This document shows, one piece after another, positions 1 through 9,660 of a stretch of DNA of 63,823 bases. Under the pieces are notes generated by a model. It saw only the letters and a list, made by a program, of their open reading frames with translations. It searched no databases and was not told where the DNA came from. The stretch comes from Oscillospiraceae bacterium (GTDB lineage Bacteria; Bacillota; Clostridia; Oscillospirales; JAKOTC01), in the NCBI GenBank assembly GCA_035353335.1, contig DAOPZJ010000005.1:8530-72352 (forward strand), in the 5' to 3' direction. The position numbers and the translations under genes are program-made. Position 1 is the first letter of the stretch; every line of letters starts with the position of its first letter.

Positions 1-100
1 CCACGGCCTGCGTGTCCGCCGCCTTCGGACGGTCAAATCCTGTTGGTTTTCCGAATTTCTGTTTTTATTTCCACTTTTAGATATAATCATCGAAAAAAGT

Positions 101-107
101 TTCGACA
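101..107 (-). promoter_or_regulatory. Spo0A-box-like heptamer (TGTCGAA on the minus strand)
   Basis: TTCGACA at 101-107 is the reverse complement of the 0A-box consensus TGNCGAA and lies about 190 bp upstream of spo0A. Confidence 0.35.
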
Positions 108-175
108 AATTTTGACGGCGCTCGCAAAGATGCGCCGTTTCTGTTTACATAATCGGTGGGGTTGTCCCTTTTTTG

Positions 176-192
176 TGTCGAAATGTGTCGAA
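176..192 (+). promoter_or_regulatory. Two direct Spo0A boxes (TGTCGAA at 176-182 and 186-192)
   Basis: The sequence gTGTCGAAatgTGTCGAAc holds two perfect TGNCGAA heptamers spaced 10 bp (one helical turn) apart, about 110 bp upstream of the spo0A start. Confidence 0.5.
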
Positions 193-250
193 CCGTGTTG
201 CCATGTTTATCCAAAAAGTTTGACAAAAAGAGTTGTAATATTCGGGTAAA

Positions 251-259
251 TGTTATAAT
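251..259 (+). promoter_or_regulatory. Extended -10 element (TGtTATAAT) for spo0A
   Basis: TGTTATAAT lies 40 nt upstream of the ATG. No well-spaced -35 element was seen. Confidence 0.35.
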
Positions 260-298
260 CTTTAGAAAATCTTATGAATCGAAAGGAGAGGCCCATTC

Positions 299-1111
299 AT
301 GAAGCAACGGATACTGATCACACAGGACAACACCCAAACCGCCTCGGAACTAGCGAATTCTTTGACAAGGGCGGGAATTGAGGTATCTGCCGTTCCCCGG
401 AACGGCAAGGTCATTTTGGAGATGCTCAGAGCTTCGACAAAATTCGACGCTGCGCTGATTGATTTCAATCTGGCCGGCATCGACGCCATCGGCGTCATCA
501 ACGAGGCAAGGACCATCAGCCCCGGCACCAAAATCATGGTTATGACGGCTTTTTTAACCGGGGAACTGGAGCGCCAGGTCTTTGCTGCCGGCGGACAGTA
601 TCTGCTGCTCAAACCGTTCGACCCGCAGGTCGCGGTGGACCGTCTGATGAGTTTGACGGGCCTTTCAAATTATGAGAAGAGTTTTCACGAGATGTCCGAC
701 AGCGAACTGGTGGTGATGGTGACCGAGATCATCCATCAGGTGGGCGTGCCGGCGCACATCAAAGGTTATCAGTATCTGCGCGATTCGATCGTCATGTGCA
801 TCAACGACGGCGATTACATAAACGCCGTCACCAAGATGCTCTATCCGGATGTGGCAAAAAAGCACGGCACCACCGCGTCGCGTGTCGAGCGGGCCATCCG
901 GCACGCCACCGAAGTCGCCTGGGACCGCGGAGACATCGACGTGCTGAATACGCTTTTCGGCTACACCATCCACACCGGAAGAGGAAAGCCGACGAATTCC
1001 GAATTTATCGCCATGATCGCGGACAAGCTGAAGCTGCGCATCGACAGCGAAAAACAACGGCGGTATTCCTCCGTCCGTACCCCCGATAAAAACGAACTGC
1101 TGAAAATTTAA
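299..1111 (+). CDS. spo0A: Sporulation master regulator Spo0A (receiver domain plus Spo0A C-terminal DNA-binding domain)
   Basis: The N-terminal CheY-like receiver has the phospho-acceptor context ALIDFNL plus MVMTAF and LLLKPF. The C-terminus carries the diagnostic Spo0A motifs [19 protein letters not shown] and [31 protein letters not shown] sits 9 nt upstream. Confidence 0.95.
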   Translation: MKQRILITQDNTQTASELANSLTRAGIEVSAVPRNGKVILEMLRASTKFDAALIDFNLAGIDAIGVINEARTISPGTKIMVMTAFLTGELERQVFAAGGQYLLLKPFDPQVAVDRLMSLTGLSNYEKSFHEMSDSELVVMVTEIIHQVGVPAHIKGYQYLRDSIVMCINDGDYINAVTKMLYPDVAKKHGTTASRVERAIRHATEVAWDRGDIDVLNTLFGYTIHTGRGKPTNSEFIAMIADKLKLRIDSEKQRRYSSVRTPDKNELLKI

Positions 1112-1138
1112 AAAGGAGAACGACAATGTCAAATGAAA

Positions 1139-1190
1139 ACCGCATCCTGTTTTGCCGGAAAATCCGACAGCGGGACGCGGTTTTTATTTT
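1139..1190 (+). terminator. Rho-independent terminator after spo0A
   Basis: ACCGCATCCTG pairs with CGGGACGCGGT (one mismatch) and is followed by TTTTTATTTT. Confidence 0.5.
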
Positions 1191-1215
1191 GCCTAAATCC
1201 TGAAACGAAGAACCG

Positions 1216-2409
1216 TTATTTTTCGATGTAATCGTTCGGAGCGCTGAAGCAGGCCGCTTTGTTCCAGGAATGAGTGGCCGCGATGCGCAGGTCGCTGATC
1301 AAAAAGTAGTCATAATTCAGCGTTCCGTCGATCATATCGGCGCGGTCGTCCGCGGTGACGTCGAGATGATACCAGACCCCGTCCAGCTTGACGAGGTTCC
1401 AGACCCGCCGCTTCCCGGCGGCGGTTCCCGCGACGGCGCGGGCCTCGATGCCTGCGATGCCGGCGATCAGCCGGAAAGCGTCGGCGTATCCGTCGCTGAC
1501 GGAGATATCGCCGACCAGAACGCCGTAGGCGACGGTCTCGGAATAGGCCGCTTCACCGCCCGAGGTATCCAGGTTTCCGTTTTTCACGATATAGTCGTGG
1601 ATGATTTTTGTTTTTTGATAGTCGGTCTGCTCCCCGGAGAGATTTGCGTCGGCAAACTTTTTCGCGGCGTTCAAAGCCTGCGTCTGAAGCGGGCTGAGCT
1701 CCGAAAGACCGCCCGACGAGAGCGCTTTGAGACAGACGGAGGAAAAGTTCGGGGTCAGCTGAAAGGTGACCGGGTAGACCTCGGACATCGACTCGTCTCC
1801 GACAAACAGGATTTTATCTTTCAAATCGGCCGTAAAAAGTCCGTATGAGGGATCGACCGAGAGGCGGTTCAGCAGAGCCGGGTCATAGATATAGGTGTTA
1901 AAAACGCTGTCCTGCGACATCAGAGCGACTTTTAACACCGAGTCCAGTTTTTCGGCGCTGTCGCAGACGGTGACGCATTCGATCTGGCAGCTCTCGGTCA
2001 GGCCTCCGAGCAAAGTCGACGCGGTGACGACGGCGGAACCGGCGCCTTCGAACCGGACCGTGCCTTCGCTGACCGACGCGACCGCGTTATCCGTACTGCT
2101 CCAGACCAATTGTTTTCCGAGGGCATCCGCGGGATAGACGACCGACCCGATGAAGCAGTTCTGTCCGACGGTCAGGTAAATCTTCTGCGCATCGAGTTTG
2201 AGCTGCCCGGGAAGCACCGCTCCCGGCTCCGATGCGGACGACTGTCCGGAGACGACGGAAAAATCGGGGTCGGAAACCGACGCGGAACTGCCCGAAACCT
2301 CAACGGAAGTCACGGAAATCACGGACGAACCGCCGCAGCCCGATAAGAGCAGGACAGCCGCCAAACCGAGAGGAACCAATTTGTTCAACCGCAAATCCGT
2401 CACCTTCAT
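1216..2409 (-). CDS. Lipoprotein with a Big_2-like domain and a C-terminal transglutaminase-like fold (catalytic residues substituted)
   Basis: The start was chosen at MKVTDLRLNKLVPLGLAAVLLLSGC (lipobox LSGC). The C-terminus has the transglutaminase-core spacing SDGYADAF..GIEARAV.G...RVWNLV..DGVWYHLDVT. Confidence 0.7.
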   Translation of the reverse strand: MKVTDLRLNKLVPLGLAAVLLLSGCGGSSVISVTSVEVSGSSASVSDPDFSVVSGQSSASEPGAVLPGQLKLDAQKIYLTVGQNCFIGSVVYPADALGKQLVWSSTDNAVASVSEGTVRFEGAGSAVVTASTLLGGLTESCQIECVTVCDSAEKLDSVLKVALMSQDSVFNTYIYDPALLNRLSVDPSYGLFTADLKDKILFVGDESMSEVYPVTFQLTPNFSSVCLKALSSGGLSELSPLQTQALNAAKKFADANLSGEQTDYQKTKIIHDYIVKNGNLDTSGGEAAYSETVAYGVLVGDISVSDGYADAFRLIAGIAGIEARAVAGTAAGKRRVWNLVKLDGVWYHLDVTADDRADMIDGTLNYDYFLISDLRIAATHSWNKAACFSAPNDYIEK

Positions 2410-2707
2410 CCGAGTGTGCTGCGAAATATAAACGCGAAAGACAAAATAGTCAAATGCCGAATCATCCGTATCATACCATAAACCCGGCCGAATTGTCAAA
2501 TTGTCCGGCACAGGGTTTCTCTCAATCGCCGCACGGCAGGCAGCCGGCGCCGCCCGGAGCCGCGGCGGCGCTCGTTTCAGCCGAAATACAAAAGAAATGT
2601 GAGGATAGAATGATGAATCAGGTCATGGTGTTTTCGCAAAAGTCACAAAAATATTCATCTCCGATTATCACATTTGTACGAATCAACAAAAATCGCCGTT
2701 TTTCTCG

Positions 2708-2736
2708 TTGACAAAGCGCAGAGCGTGTGATATCAT
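2708..2736 (+). promoter_or_regulatory. Sigma-A-type promoter of the LacI-family regulator and galactan locus
   Basis: TTGACA (2708-2713), a 17-nt spacer, then TATCAT (2731-2736). Confidence 0.5.
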
Positions 2737-2751
2737 GAAGGCAAGATTTAG

Positions 2752-2763
2752 GCAAACGGTTGC
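2752..2763. promoter_or_regulatory. Candidate LacI-family operator half-palindrome GCAAACGGTTGC
   Basis: An imperfect CG-centred palindrome resembling the TGCAAACGTTTGCA-type operators of LacI/GalR regulators. It lies just downstream of the -10 element. Confidence 0.3.
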
Positions 2764-2791
2764 GCGTCACAGATAAGGCGGTGCAGGGCAT

Positions 2792-3826
2792 ATGTTGAAA
2801 AAAGAAAATAAACCGGACAAAAAAAGTGCGATGTCACTTGCGGATATCTCTCACGAATTAAAACTGGCAAAATCGACGATTTCACGGATCATTGCCGGAA
2901 AAGGGAACTTCAGCGAAGAGACCAAAGTCAGGGTGCTCGATTACATCGAACACAACGATTACCATCCCAACGCGATTGCCCAGCGCCTCGCCACAAGCAG
3001 AACCGGAAATATCGGCGTGGTGATGCCGGCGGACGCGTTTTTGAGCGTCAACACCTTTTTTCAGGTGTGTCTGATGGGAATCTGTCACGAAGCCGTGGAA
3101 CATAATTACGACGTCGTCGTGACGTCCGCGACCGAAAAGGATTGTTCCTATCTCCGGCGGCTGATCGGGAGGCGGTCGGTGGACGGCGTCATTCTCATGA
3201 GATCCCTCATGCAGGATCTGTGCATCGGTTATCTGAGCGGGGAGAGCGTACCGTTCGTTGTGATCGGCTCCGCGCCGGATTCCGAACTCATGCAGGTCGA
3301 CATCGAACACGCGAAGGCCTGCGGCGAACTGACGGAGACTCTGCTGAAAACGGCCGAAAAGCCGGTCGGGCTGATTCTCGGGAGCACCCATTACATCGTC
3401 AATCTCAACCGCCGGAAGGGATTTGAAGAGGCTGAGATCAAAGCAGGCGCCGATCTGACCGGAAAAGTGATTTCGGATGTGTTTACCAAGGAAAACATCG
3501 ACGCCGCCGTCGACCGGTTTATCTCACAGGGCGCCGGCACCATCATATGCGGAGACGACCAGATTTGCCTCACGGCGTTGGAAAGATTAAAATCGCTCAA
3601 AATTTCAATCGGAAAAGACATCCGGCTGGCGTCTTTTTACGACAATCCCGCTTTGAAAGACCGGGCCGTCACCGCGATCGAGGCGGACGACATGGCGCTC
3701 GGGGCGATGGCAGTCACAAAACTGGTCGGAAAACTCGACCGGAAGCGGTTGTCCGAACTCATTCCCGGATACCGTATCCATTACAGGGCATCGACCGGCA
3801 ATGAGGAATCACGTTTGCCGGAATGA
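2792..3826 (+). CDS. LacI/GalR-family transcriptional regulator
   Basis: The N-terminal HTH reads MSLADISHELKLAKSTISRIIAGKG..VLDYIEHNDYHPNAIAQRL, followed by a periplasmic-binding-protein-like sugar-binding core. Confidence 0.9.
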   Translation: MLKKENKPDKKSAMSLADISHELKLAKSTISRIIAGKGNFSEETKVRVLDYIEHNDYHPNAIAQRLATSRTGNIGVVMPADAFLSVNTFFQVCLMGICHEAVEHNYDVVVTSATEKDCSYLRRLIGRRSVDGVILMRSLMQDLCIGYLSGESVPFVVIGSAPDSELMQVDIEHAKACGELTETLLKTAEKPVGLILGSTHYIVNLNRRKGFEEAEIKAGADLTGKVISDVFTKENIDAAVDRFISQGAGTIICGDDQICLTALERLKSLKISIGKDIRLASFYDNPALKDRAVTAIEADDMALGAMAVTKLVGKLDRKRLSELIPGYRIHYRASTGNEESRLPE

Positions 3827-3839
3827 AAGGATGGTTGCA

Positions 3840-5801
3840 ATGGGGAAAGCGAAAAAGAGCATCCGCGGCGTTTTTATGCCGATTGCCCTTTGTCTGTTTT
3901 TGTCATTCGGCTGCGCCTATAATCCCCTGCCCAAAGCGGCGCAATACGGCGGCGCGGCTCCGGAGAGTACGTTGTTTGTGAAGAAGATCGGGAATTTGCC
4001 GGACAATTTTATGATGGGCGCGGACGTCTCCACCGTCCTCTCGCTCGAGAAAAGCGGCGTGAAATTTTATGATTTCGACGGCAAGGAGCAGGACCTCTTC
4101 CTGACGCTTGCGCAAAACGGGATCAATTATATCCGCGTTCGGGTCTGGAACGATCCGTTCGACAAAAACGGCAACGGGTACGGCGGCGGCAACTGCGATA
4201 TCGAAAACGCGGTCTCTGTCGGAAAACGGGCGACGGCTGCGGGCCTGAAGCTTTTGGTGGACTTCCACTATTCCGACTTCTGGGCCGATCCGGCCAAACA
4301 ACAGGCCCCGAAGGTCTGGGCCGGCATGGACGTCGGGCAAAAAAGCGCCGCGCTCTATGATTATACGCTTTCCTGTCTGACAAAGCTGAAAAAGGCCGGC
4401 GTCGACGTCGGAATGGTGCAGCTCGGCAACGAGACGACTTCCGGGCTTGCCGGGGAGACCGCCTGGAAAAACATCTGCGCGCTGATGGCGGCGGGCGCCA
4501 AAGCATGCCGGGAAGTCAACCGGGACGCGCTGATCGCGGTGCATTTCGCCAATCCCGAAAAGGCCGCGAATTATGAGAAATTCGCCCGGAATCTCGATAA
4601 ATATCAAGTGGATTACGACGTCTTCGCCTCGAGTTATTATCCCTACTGGCACGGCACGCTCGAAAACCTCACGGCGATTTTGAAAAAGATCTCCGACACC
4701 TACGGCAAAAAGGTGATGGTCGCCGAGATGTCCTATGCCTATACGCTTTCGGACGGCGATTTTCACGCAAACGTCATCGGCGGGGAGAAAAACTACGATA
4801 AAAATTATCCGCTGACGGTGCAGGGTCAGGCGACCGCGGTCGCCGAGACCATTCGGGCGGTGGCCGACGTCGGGGAAGCGGGTATCGGATTCTTTTACTG
4901 GGAGCCGGCGTGGATCGGCGTCGGCGGGAAAAACTTTGAAGAAAACAGCGTTTTATGGGAAAAATACGGCAGCGGCTGGGCTTCCTCGTATTCGGCGGAA
5001 TATGATCCGGGCGACGCGGGTATTTATTACGGGGGCTCCGCCTGGGACAATCAGGCGATGTTCGACGGAACCGGCCATCCCCTGGAGTCGCTGAAAGTTT
5101 TCAAATACGTCTATACCGGCACGGAGTGTGAGACCGCCGTCGACGCGGTCGAAGACGTCGAACTGTCCGTGCGGCTGAAAGAGGAGATCAAACTGCCCGA
5201 AACCGTGACCGCGGTCATGAACGACGGGACCGCGCAGACGGTTCCGGTCGTCTGGGAACCGGCCGACCTTGCCGCGATGTCCAACGGAGCGGTCGCAAAG
5301 TATGTGATCAAAGGTACAGCGGGCGGAAAACAGGCAGTCTGTTATCTTTCGATGGCCGAACGCAATTACATCGAGAATTACAGCTTCGAAAACGAAGACG
5401 TCTCGATGTGGAAAGCCGTCAATCTCTCGGATATCGATGAGCTCTTTGTGCTCGACAAATCCACCGACGCGCTGACCGGAAACAGGTCTTTCCATTTCTG
5501 GAGCGAGGGCGAAGTGGAGTTCACGCTCGAGCAGACGGTGAAAAACTTAAAACCCGGAGCTTATAACTTTACCCTTTCGATTCAGGGCGGCGACGCCGAA
5601 ACGCAGAATATCTACATTTACACCGTTGTCAACGGGGTGAAAAAGACCGCGCCCGCCGAGATCAGCTCGTGGCGGGTCTGGGCAAATCCGAAAATCAAAA
5701 ACGTCCCGGTAAACGGTGAGATCACGGTGGGGATCTATGTCAAATGCAGCGCCGGAGCGTGGGGCACGATCGACGACGTGCTGCTCAACCCGGCCGAATA
5801 A
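3840..5801 (+). CDS. ganB: Arabinogalactan endo-beta-1,4-galactanase (GH53) with a Big_4-like domain and a C-terminal carbohydrate-binding-like domain; lipoprotein or secreted
   Basis: GH53 signatures are present: GADVSTVLSLEKSGVKFYD, INYIRVRVWNDP, VDFHYSDFWADPAKQ, VQLGNET and MVAEMSY. Big_4-like VTAVMNDGTAQTVPVVWEP follows. The signal peptide ends LSFGC. The start was chosen at the ATG 8 nt after AAAGGA. Confidence 0.9.
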   Translation: MGKAKKSIRGVFMPIALCLFLSFGCAYNPLPKAAQYGGAAPESTLFVKKIGNLPDNFMMGADVSTVLSLEKSGVKFYDFDGKEQDLFLTLAQNGINYIRVRVWNDPFDKNGNGYGGGNCDIENAVSVGKRATAAGLKLLVDFHYSDFWADPAKQQAPKVWAGMDVGQKSAALYDYTLSCLTKLKKAGVDVGMVQLGNETTSGLAGETAWKNICALMAAGAKACREVNRDALIAVHFANPEKAANYEKFARNLDKYQVDYDVFASSYYPYWHGTLENLTAILKKISDTYGKKVMVAEMSYAYTLSDGDFHANVIGGEKNYDKNYPLTVQGQATAVAETIRAVADVGEAGIGFFYWEPAWIGVGGKNFEENSVLWEKYGSGWASSYSAEYDPGDAGIYYGGSAWDNQAMFDGTGHPLESLKVFKYVYTGTECETAVDAVEDVELSVRLKEEIKLPETVTAVMNDGTAQTVPVVWEPADLAAMSNGAVAKYVIKGTAGGKQAVCYLSMAERNYIENYSFENEDVSMWKAVNLSDIDELFVLDKSTDALTGNRSFHFWSEGEVEFTLEQTVKNLKPGAYNFTLSIQGGDAETQNIYIYTVVNGVKKTAPAEISSWRVWANPKIKNVPVNGEITVGIYVKCSAGAWGTIDDVLLNPAE

Positions 5802-5858
5802 CTTTGAATGTATCTTACGCGAGTAAGTTACAGATAAATTGATAGGAGGAATACAAAA

Positions 5859-7106
5859 ATGAGAAAACTTGCGGTAGTACTGCTGGCGCTTGCCATGGTG
5901 CTCTCCTGCGGAGTTCTGTCGGCGTGCAACAAGACGCCGGCGCAGAAGGAAGACATCCTCGTATGGGCTGCCGATGAAGTGGTCGCTTTCACACAGACGA
6001 AATGCGACGAATTCCTGGCGGCAAATCCCGATCTCGCCAAGAAGTTCACCATCACGGTCTCCGCAATGAGCGAAGGTGAAGCGGCGACACAAATGATCAC
6101 CGACGTTGAAGCCGGCGCTGATGTTTTTGCCTTCGCGCAGGATCAGCTCGGCCGTCTGGTACAGGCCGGCGCGCTCAGCGAACTCGGCGGCACTTTCCTG
6201 ACGGACGCAAAGGCCAACAATGACGCCGGTTCGGTCGCGGCCGCGACGATGGGCGACAAGATGTATGCCTATCCGCTGACCAGCGACAACGGCTATTTCC
6301 TGTTCTATGACAAGAGTGTCGTCACAGACCCCTCCACACTGGACGGAATTCTCACCCAGTGCGAAACAGCCGGAAAGAAATTCTACATGGAAAACCAGAG
6401 CGGCTGGTATCTGGTCTCCTTCTTCTTCGGCGCGGGCTGCCACTACACCACGACTGCCGATAACCAGGGCAATATCGTGGCCGTCGACTGTGACTTCAAC
6501 TCCGCCGGCGGACTCGGCGCTTTCAAAGCGCTGATCGCGATGGCGCAGAGCAAAGGCTTCCAGCGCAGCGACAAATTCTCGGATCAGTTCAACCCCGACG
6601 GCGGTCAGGCCGGCGCCGCGATCTCCGGAACCTGGGATGCCGCGACCATCAAGGGCTTCCTTGGCGACAAATACGGCGTAGCCAAACTGCCGACGATGAC
6701 CGTCAACGGACAGCAGGTCCAAATGGGCGCATGGGGCGGCTTTAAACTGATGGGCGTCAACCCGACCCAGAGCGAAGAAGCGCTCACGGCGTCCCACAAA
6801 CTGGCCGCGTATCTGACCGGCGGCGACGTCCAGCTGGCGCGTTACGGCGTAAAGGGCTGGGGCCCGTCCAACAAGACCGCGCAGCAGGATCCGACGGTCC
6901 AGGCCGACCAGGCGCTTGCCGCGCTTCAGGCACAGCTGGCCTATTCACCCGCTCAGCCGCAGTGCAGCGCGAAATACTGGGATAAGATGGCCGCGTTCGG
7001 CACCGAAGTCAACGCCGGAACCTACAAGGCCTCCACCGACGCGCAGCTGCAGACGGTTCTCGACGAACTCGTCGCCTATCTGAAAGCAGACGTCGTCACG
7101 CAGTAA
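5859..7106 (+). CDS. ABC transporter sugar (galacto-/malto-oligosaccharide type) substrate-binding lipoprotein
   Basis: The signal and lipobox are VLSCGVLSAC. The protein shows family-1 SBP (MalE/CycB-like) sequence character and sits in the galactanase locus. Confidence 0.85.
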   Translation: MRKLAVVLLALAMVLSCGVLSACNKTPAQKEDILVWAADEVVAFTQTKCDEFLAANPDLAKKFTITVSAMSEGEAATQMITDVEAGADVFAFAQDQLGRLVQAGALSELGGTFLTDAKANNDAGSVAAATMGDKMYAYPLTSDNGYFLFYDKSVVTDPSTLDGILTQCETAGKKFYMENQSGWYLVSFFFGAGCHYTTTADNQGNIVAVDCDFNSAGGLGAFKALIAMAQSKGFQRSDKFSDQFNPDGGQAGAAISGTWDAATIKGFLGDKYGVAKLPTMTVNGQQVQMGAWGGFKLMGVNPTQSEEALTASHKLAAYLTGGDVQLARYGVKGWGPSNKTAQQDPTVQADQALAALQAQLAYSPAQPQCSAKYWDKMAAFGTEVNAGTYKASTDAQLQTVLDELVAYLKADVVTQ

Positions 7107-7135
7107 TCTTTTCCATCCGAAATCAGCATAGTGTA

Positions 7136-7180
7136 AAAGAGGCGCCGCATAAATTGAATATCAATTTTTGCGGCGCCTTT
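7136..7180 (+). terminator. Intra-operon hairpin (partial terminator or attenuator) after the SBP gene
   Basis: GGCGCCGCA (7141-7149) pairs with TGCGGCGCC (7169-7177) and is followed by TTT. This is the usual device for over-expressing the SBP relative to the permeases. Confidence 0.5.
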
Positions 7181-7220
7181 GCCCCGCATAAAAAATGCGT
7201 TCAGGGGGTGTGTACATTAC

Positions 7221-8735
7221 ATGGTAGATCTGAATTATCTGAAAATGACGGGTTTTCAGAAGTTCCGGTATCGCCTCGGGAGGTTTTTTAAAAACCTGCC
7301 GAAGAATACCGGCGCGTTTTTAAAACGCATTCCGCACAAACTCGGCAGGGGCCTGCGAAAATTCGCGGGGATCTTCACCGAGGTGTTCGCGGTGTTCAAA
7401 AGAGGCGACTGGAAGACCAGAACCTCGTTTTTCGCGATGGGGTTCGGCCAGATCGCACGCGGCCAGATCCTGCGCGGAATTCTTTATCTGGCGTTTGAAT
7501 TGATTTTCATCGCCTATATGATCTTTTTCGGCTGGAAATATCTCGTCAAGCTCGGTTCTCTGGGGGATGTCGCCCTATCCTCGAAAGTGGACCCCGAGAC
7601 GGGCCTGACGTTTAATACCTATATCGACAACAGCATGCTGATTTTGCTCTACGGCCTGCTGACGGTGTTTTTCATCATCGCGTTCATCTATGTCTGGCGT
7701 CAGAACTGCATTCAGAACGGGGAGACGCAGAAATTGTCCGAACTCGGGTTTCGCCTGGACTCCGCGCGCGACGACATCCGCGCGATGGCCGACAAACAAT
7801 ACCACAAAACGCTGCTCGCGACGCCTCTGCTCGGCATCCTGATTTTCACGGTCATCCCGGTCGTGTTCATGGTTCTGGTGGCGTTCACAAACTACGACTC
7901 GATGCACCAGCCGCCGGCGAAACTGTTCGACTGGGTCGGCACGCAGAACTTCGCGACGATGTTCGGCGTCAACTCGGTCGCGACCGGCACAAAATTCGGC
8001 TTCACCTTCGGCTCGGTGCTGATCTGGACCCTGATCTGGGCGTTTTTCGCGACGTTTTCGAACTATTTTCTCGGCATGCTCGTCGCCCTGATGATCAATA
8101 AGAAGGGCATCAAAGGCAAACGCATATTCCGTACGATTCTTGTCATGACCATCGCGGTGCCGCAGTTTATTTCGCTGCTGCTGGTCTCCAAGATGTTTGC
8201 CGAGGACGGCATCGTCAACGGCCTGTTGCTCTCGTGGGGCGTGATCTCCGAAAAGATCTCATGGCTGACGACCGGCGGGCTTGCCCGCGTGATGGTGATT
8301 CTGATCAACATCTGGGTCGGCATCCCCTATCTGATGCTGATCGCGACCGGCATACTGATGAACATCCCCGAAGACCTGTATGAGTCGGCCAAGATCGACG
8401 GCGCGAGTCCTTTCAGGACTTATATGAAGATCACGCTGCCGTATATGCTGTTCGTGACGACGCCGTATCTCATCACTTCATTCATCGCCAACATCAACAA
8501 CTTCAACGTCATCTATCTGCTGACCGCGGGCGCGCCGTATACGCTGAATTACGAATCGCCCGCAGGGTATACCGATCTGCTGATCACATGGCTGTATAAG
8601 CTCACGATGACCCAGACCAGCAACTACAAAATGGCTTCGGTCATCGGCATCATGGTCTTCGTGGTCGTCGCCGTGTTTTCGCTGATCGTCTATAACCGGT
8701 CGCGGTCGGTCAAAGACGAGGAGGACTTCCAATGA
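7221..8735 (+). CDS. ABC sugar transporter permease (MalF/GanP-like)
   Basis: A multi-TM protein with the EAA-loop region SAKIDGASPFRTYMKITLP. The start was set at MVDLNY after AGGGGG. An earlier in-frame start at 7179 overlaps the hairpin. Confidence 0.85.
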   Translation: MVDLNYLKMTGFQKFRYRLGRFFKNLPKNTGAFLKRIPHKLGRGLRKFAGIFTEVFAVFKRGDWKTRTSFFAMGFGQIARGQILRGILYLAFELIFIAYMIFFGWKYLVKLGSLGDVALSSKVDPETGLTFNTYIDNSMLILLYGLLTVFFIIAFIYVWRQNCIQNGETQKLSELGFRLDSARDDIRAMADKQYHKTLLATPLLGILIFTVIPVVFMVLVAFTNYDSMHQPPAKLFDWVGTQNFATMFGVNSVATGTKFGFTFGSVLIWTLIWAFFATFSNYFLGMLVALMINKKGIKGKRIFRTILVMTIAVPQFISLLLVSKMFAEDGIVNGLLLSWGVISEKISWLTTGGLARVMVILINIWVGIPYLMLIATGILMNIPEDLYESAKIDGASPFRTYMKITLPYMLFVTTPYLITSFIANINNFNVIYLLTAGAPYTLNYESPAGYTDLLITWLYKLTMTQTSNYKMASVIGIMVFVVVAVFSLIVYNRSRSVKDEEDFQ

Positions 8736-9592
8736 GCAGGAATAATCGACTGCGCAGCAAAAAGCGCGCCGAGTCCGCGGCAAATACCTTTATCTACATT
8801 CTCCTGATCCTCATCAGCGCGATCTGGTTGATCCCGTTCATCTATCTGATCTTCCAGGCGTTTCGCGGCGAGTCGACGGGCATGGTCAACTATATTTTTC
8901 CGCGCCAGTGGTCGCTGAAAAATTTCGTCAGTTTATTCACCAAGACGGAGTTTCTGCAGTGGTTCGCCAACACGCTGATCATCGCGCTGGTCGTCTCGGT
9001 GTTTCAGACCATCATCGTGCTGATGGTCAGTTATACGCTGTCCCGGATGCGGTTTCGCGGAAGGCGGTTTTTGATGAATCTCATCCTGGTGCTCGGGATG
9101 TTTCCGGGCTTCATGTCGATGATCGCGGTCTATTTCGTGCTCAAGCTGATCGGGCTGACGCAGAACATCGTGGGGCTGATGCTCATTTATGTCGGAAGTT
9201 CCGGCATGGGCTATTACATCGCGAAGGGCTATTTTGACACCATCCCGCGCGCGCTCGACGAGGCCGCCCGCATCGACGGGGCAAACCGCCGGACGGTGTT
9301 TTATCAGATCATCCTGCCGATGGCGAAGCCGATCGTGATCTATACGACCCTGATGGCGTTCATGGCGCCCTGGGGCGATTACATGTTCGCCTCTCTGATC
9401 GCGTTCGGCAACACCAAGAGCTACAACGTCGCGGTGGGCCTGTATACCTTCCTCGACAAGGAGCATATCGTCAACTATTTCACGCGATTTTGCGCCGGAG
9501 GGGTCATCATCGCGATTCCGATCACCATCCTGTTCATGCTGCTGCAGAAATATTACGTGGCGGGCGTGACGGGCGGCGCGGTCAAGGGGTAA
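8732..9592 (+). CDS. ABC sugar transporter permease (MalG/GanQ-like)
   Basis: The EAA loop reads EAARIDGANRRTVFYQIILP. Six TM segments are predicted. There is a 4-nt overlap with the upstream permease gene. Confidence 0.9.
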   Translation: MSRNNRLRSKKRAESAANTFIYILLILISAIWLIPFIYLIFQAFRGESTGMVNYIFPRQWSLKNFVSLFTKTEFLQWFANTLIIALVVSVFQTIIVLMVSYTLSRMRFRGRRFLMNLILVLGMFPGFMSMIAVYFVLKLIGLTQNIVGLMLIYVGSSGMGYYIAKGYFDTIPRALDEAARIDGANRRTVFYQIILPMAKPIVIYTTLMAFMAPWGDYMFASLIAFGNTKSYNVAVGLYTFLDKEHIVNYFTRFCAGGVIIAIPITILFMLLQKYYVAGVTGGAVKG

Positions 9593-9660
9593 AATTCGTC
9601 GCCCGGATTGCCGCAGGGCAAAGCCCCTCGCAATGACGATTGAAAGGATGGACATAAATA

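Noticed and set aside
43-249. 68-aa ORF in the spo0A upstream region.
   Set aside because: It covers the 0A boxes and promoter, has no SD, and has an odd composition.
1126-1203. 25-codon ORF (MSNENRILFCRKIRQRDAVFILPKS) with a well-placed AAGGAG SD immediately after spo0A.
   Set aside because: It is tiny, it runs through the spo0A terminator hairpin, and I can find no independent support. It might deserve a Ribo-seq look but I cannot support it as a feature.
5547-6797. 416-aa ORF antisense to the sugar-binding-protein gene. The same issue applies to 8933-9655, 23215-24408, 35833-36831, 37499-38542, 45208-46194, 57769-58932 and 59887-61107.
   Set aside because: Each lies exactly opposite a confidently identified gene. 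Each has an Arg/Gly/Ala/Asp-rich low-complexity composition typical of antisense frames in GC-rich DNA, and none has a recognisable SD or domain.
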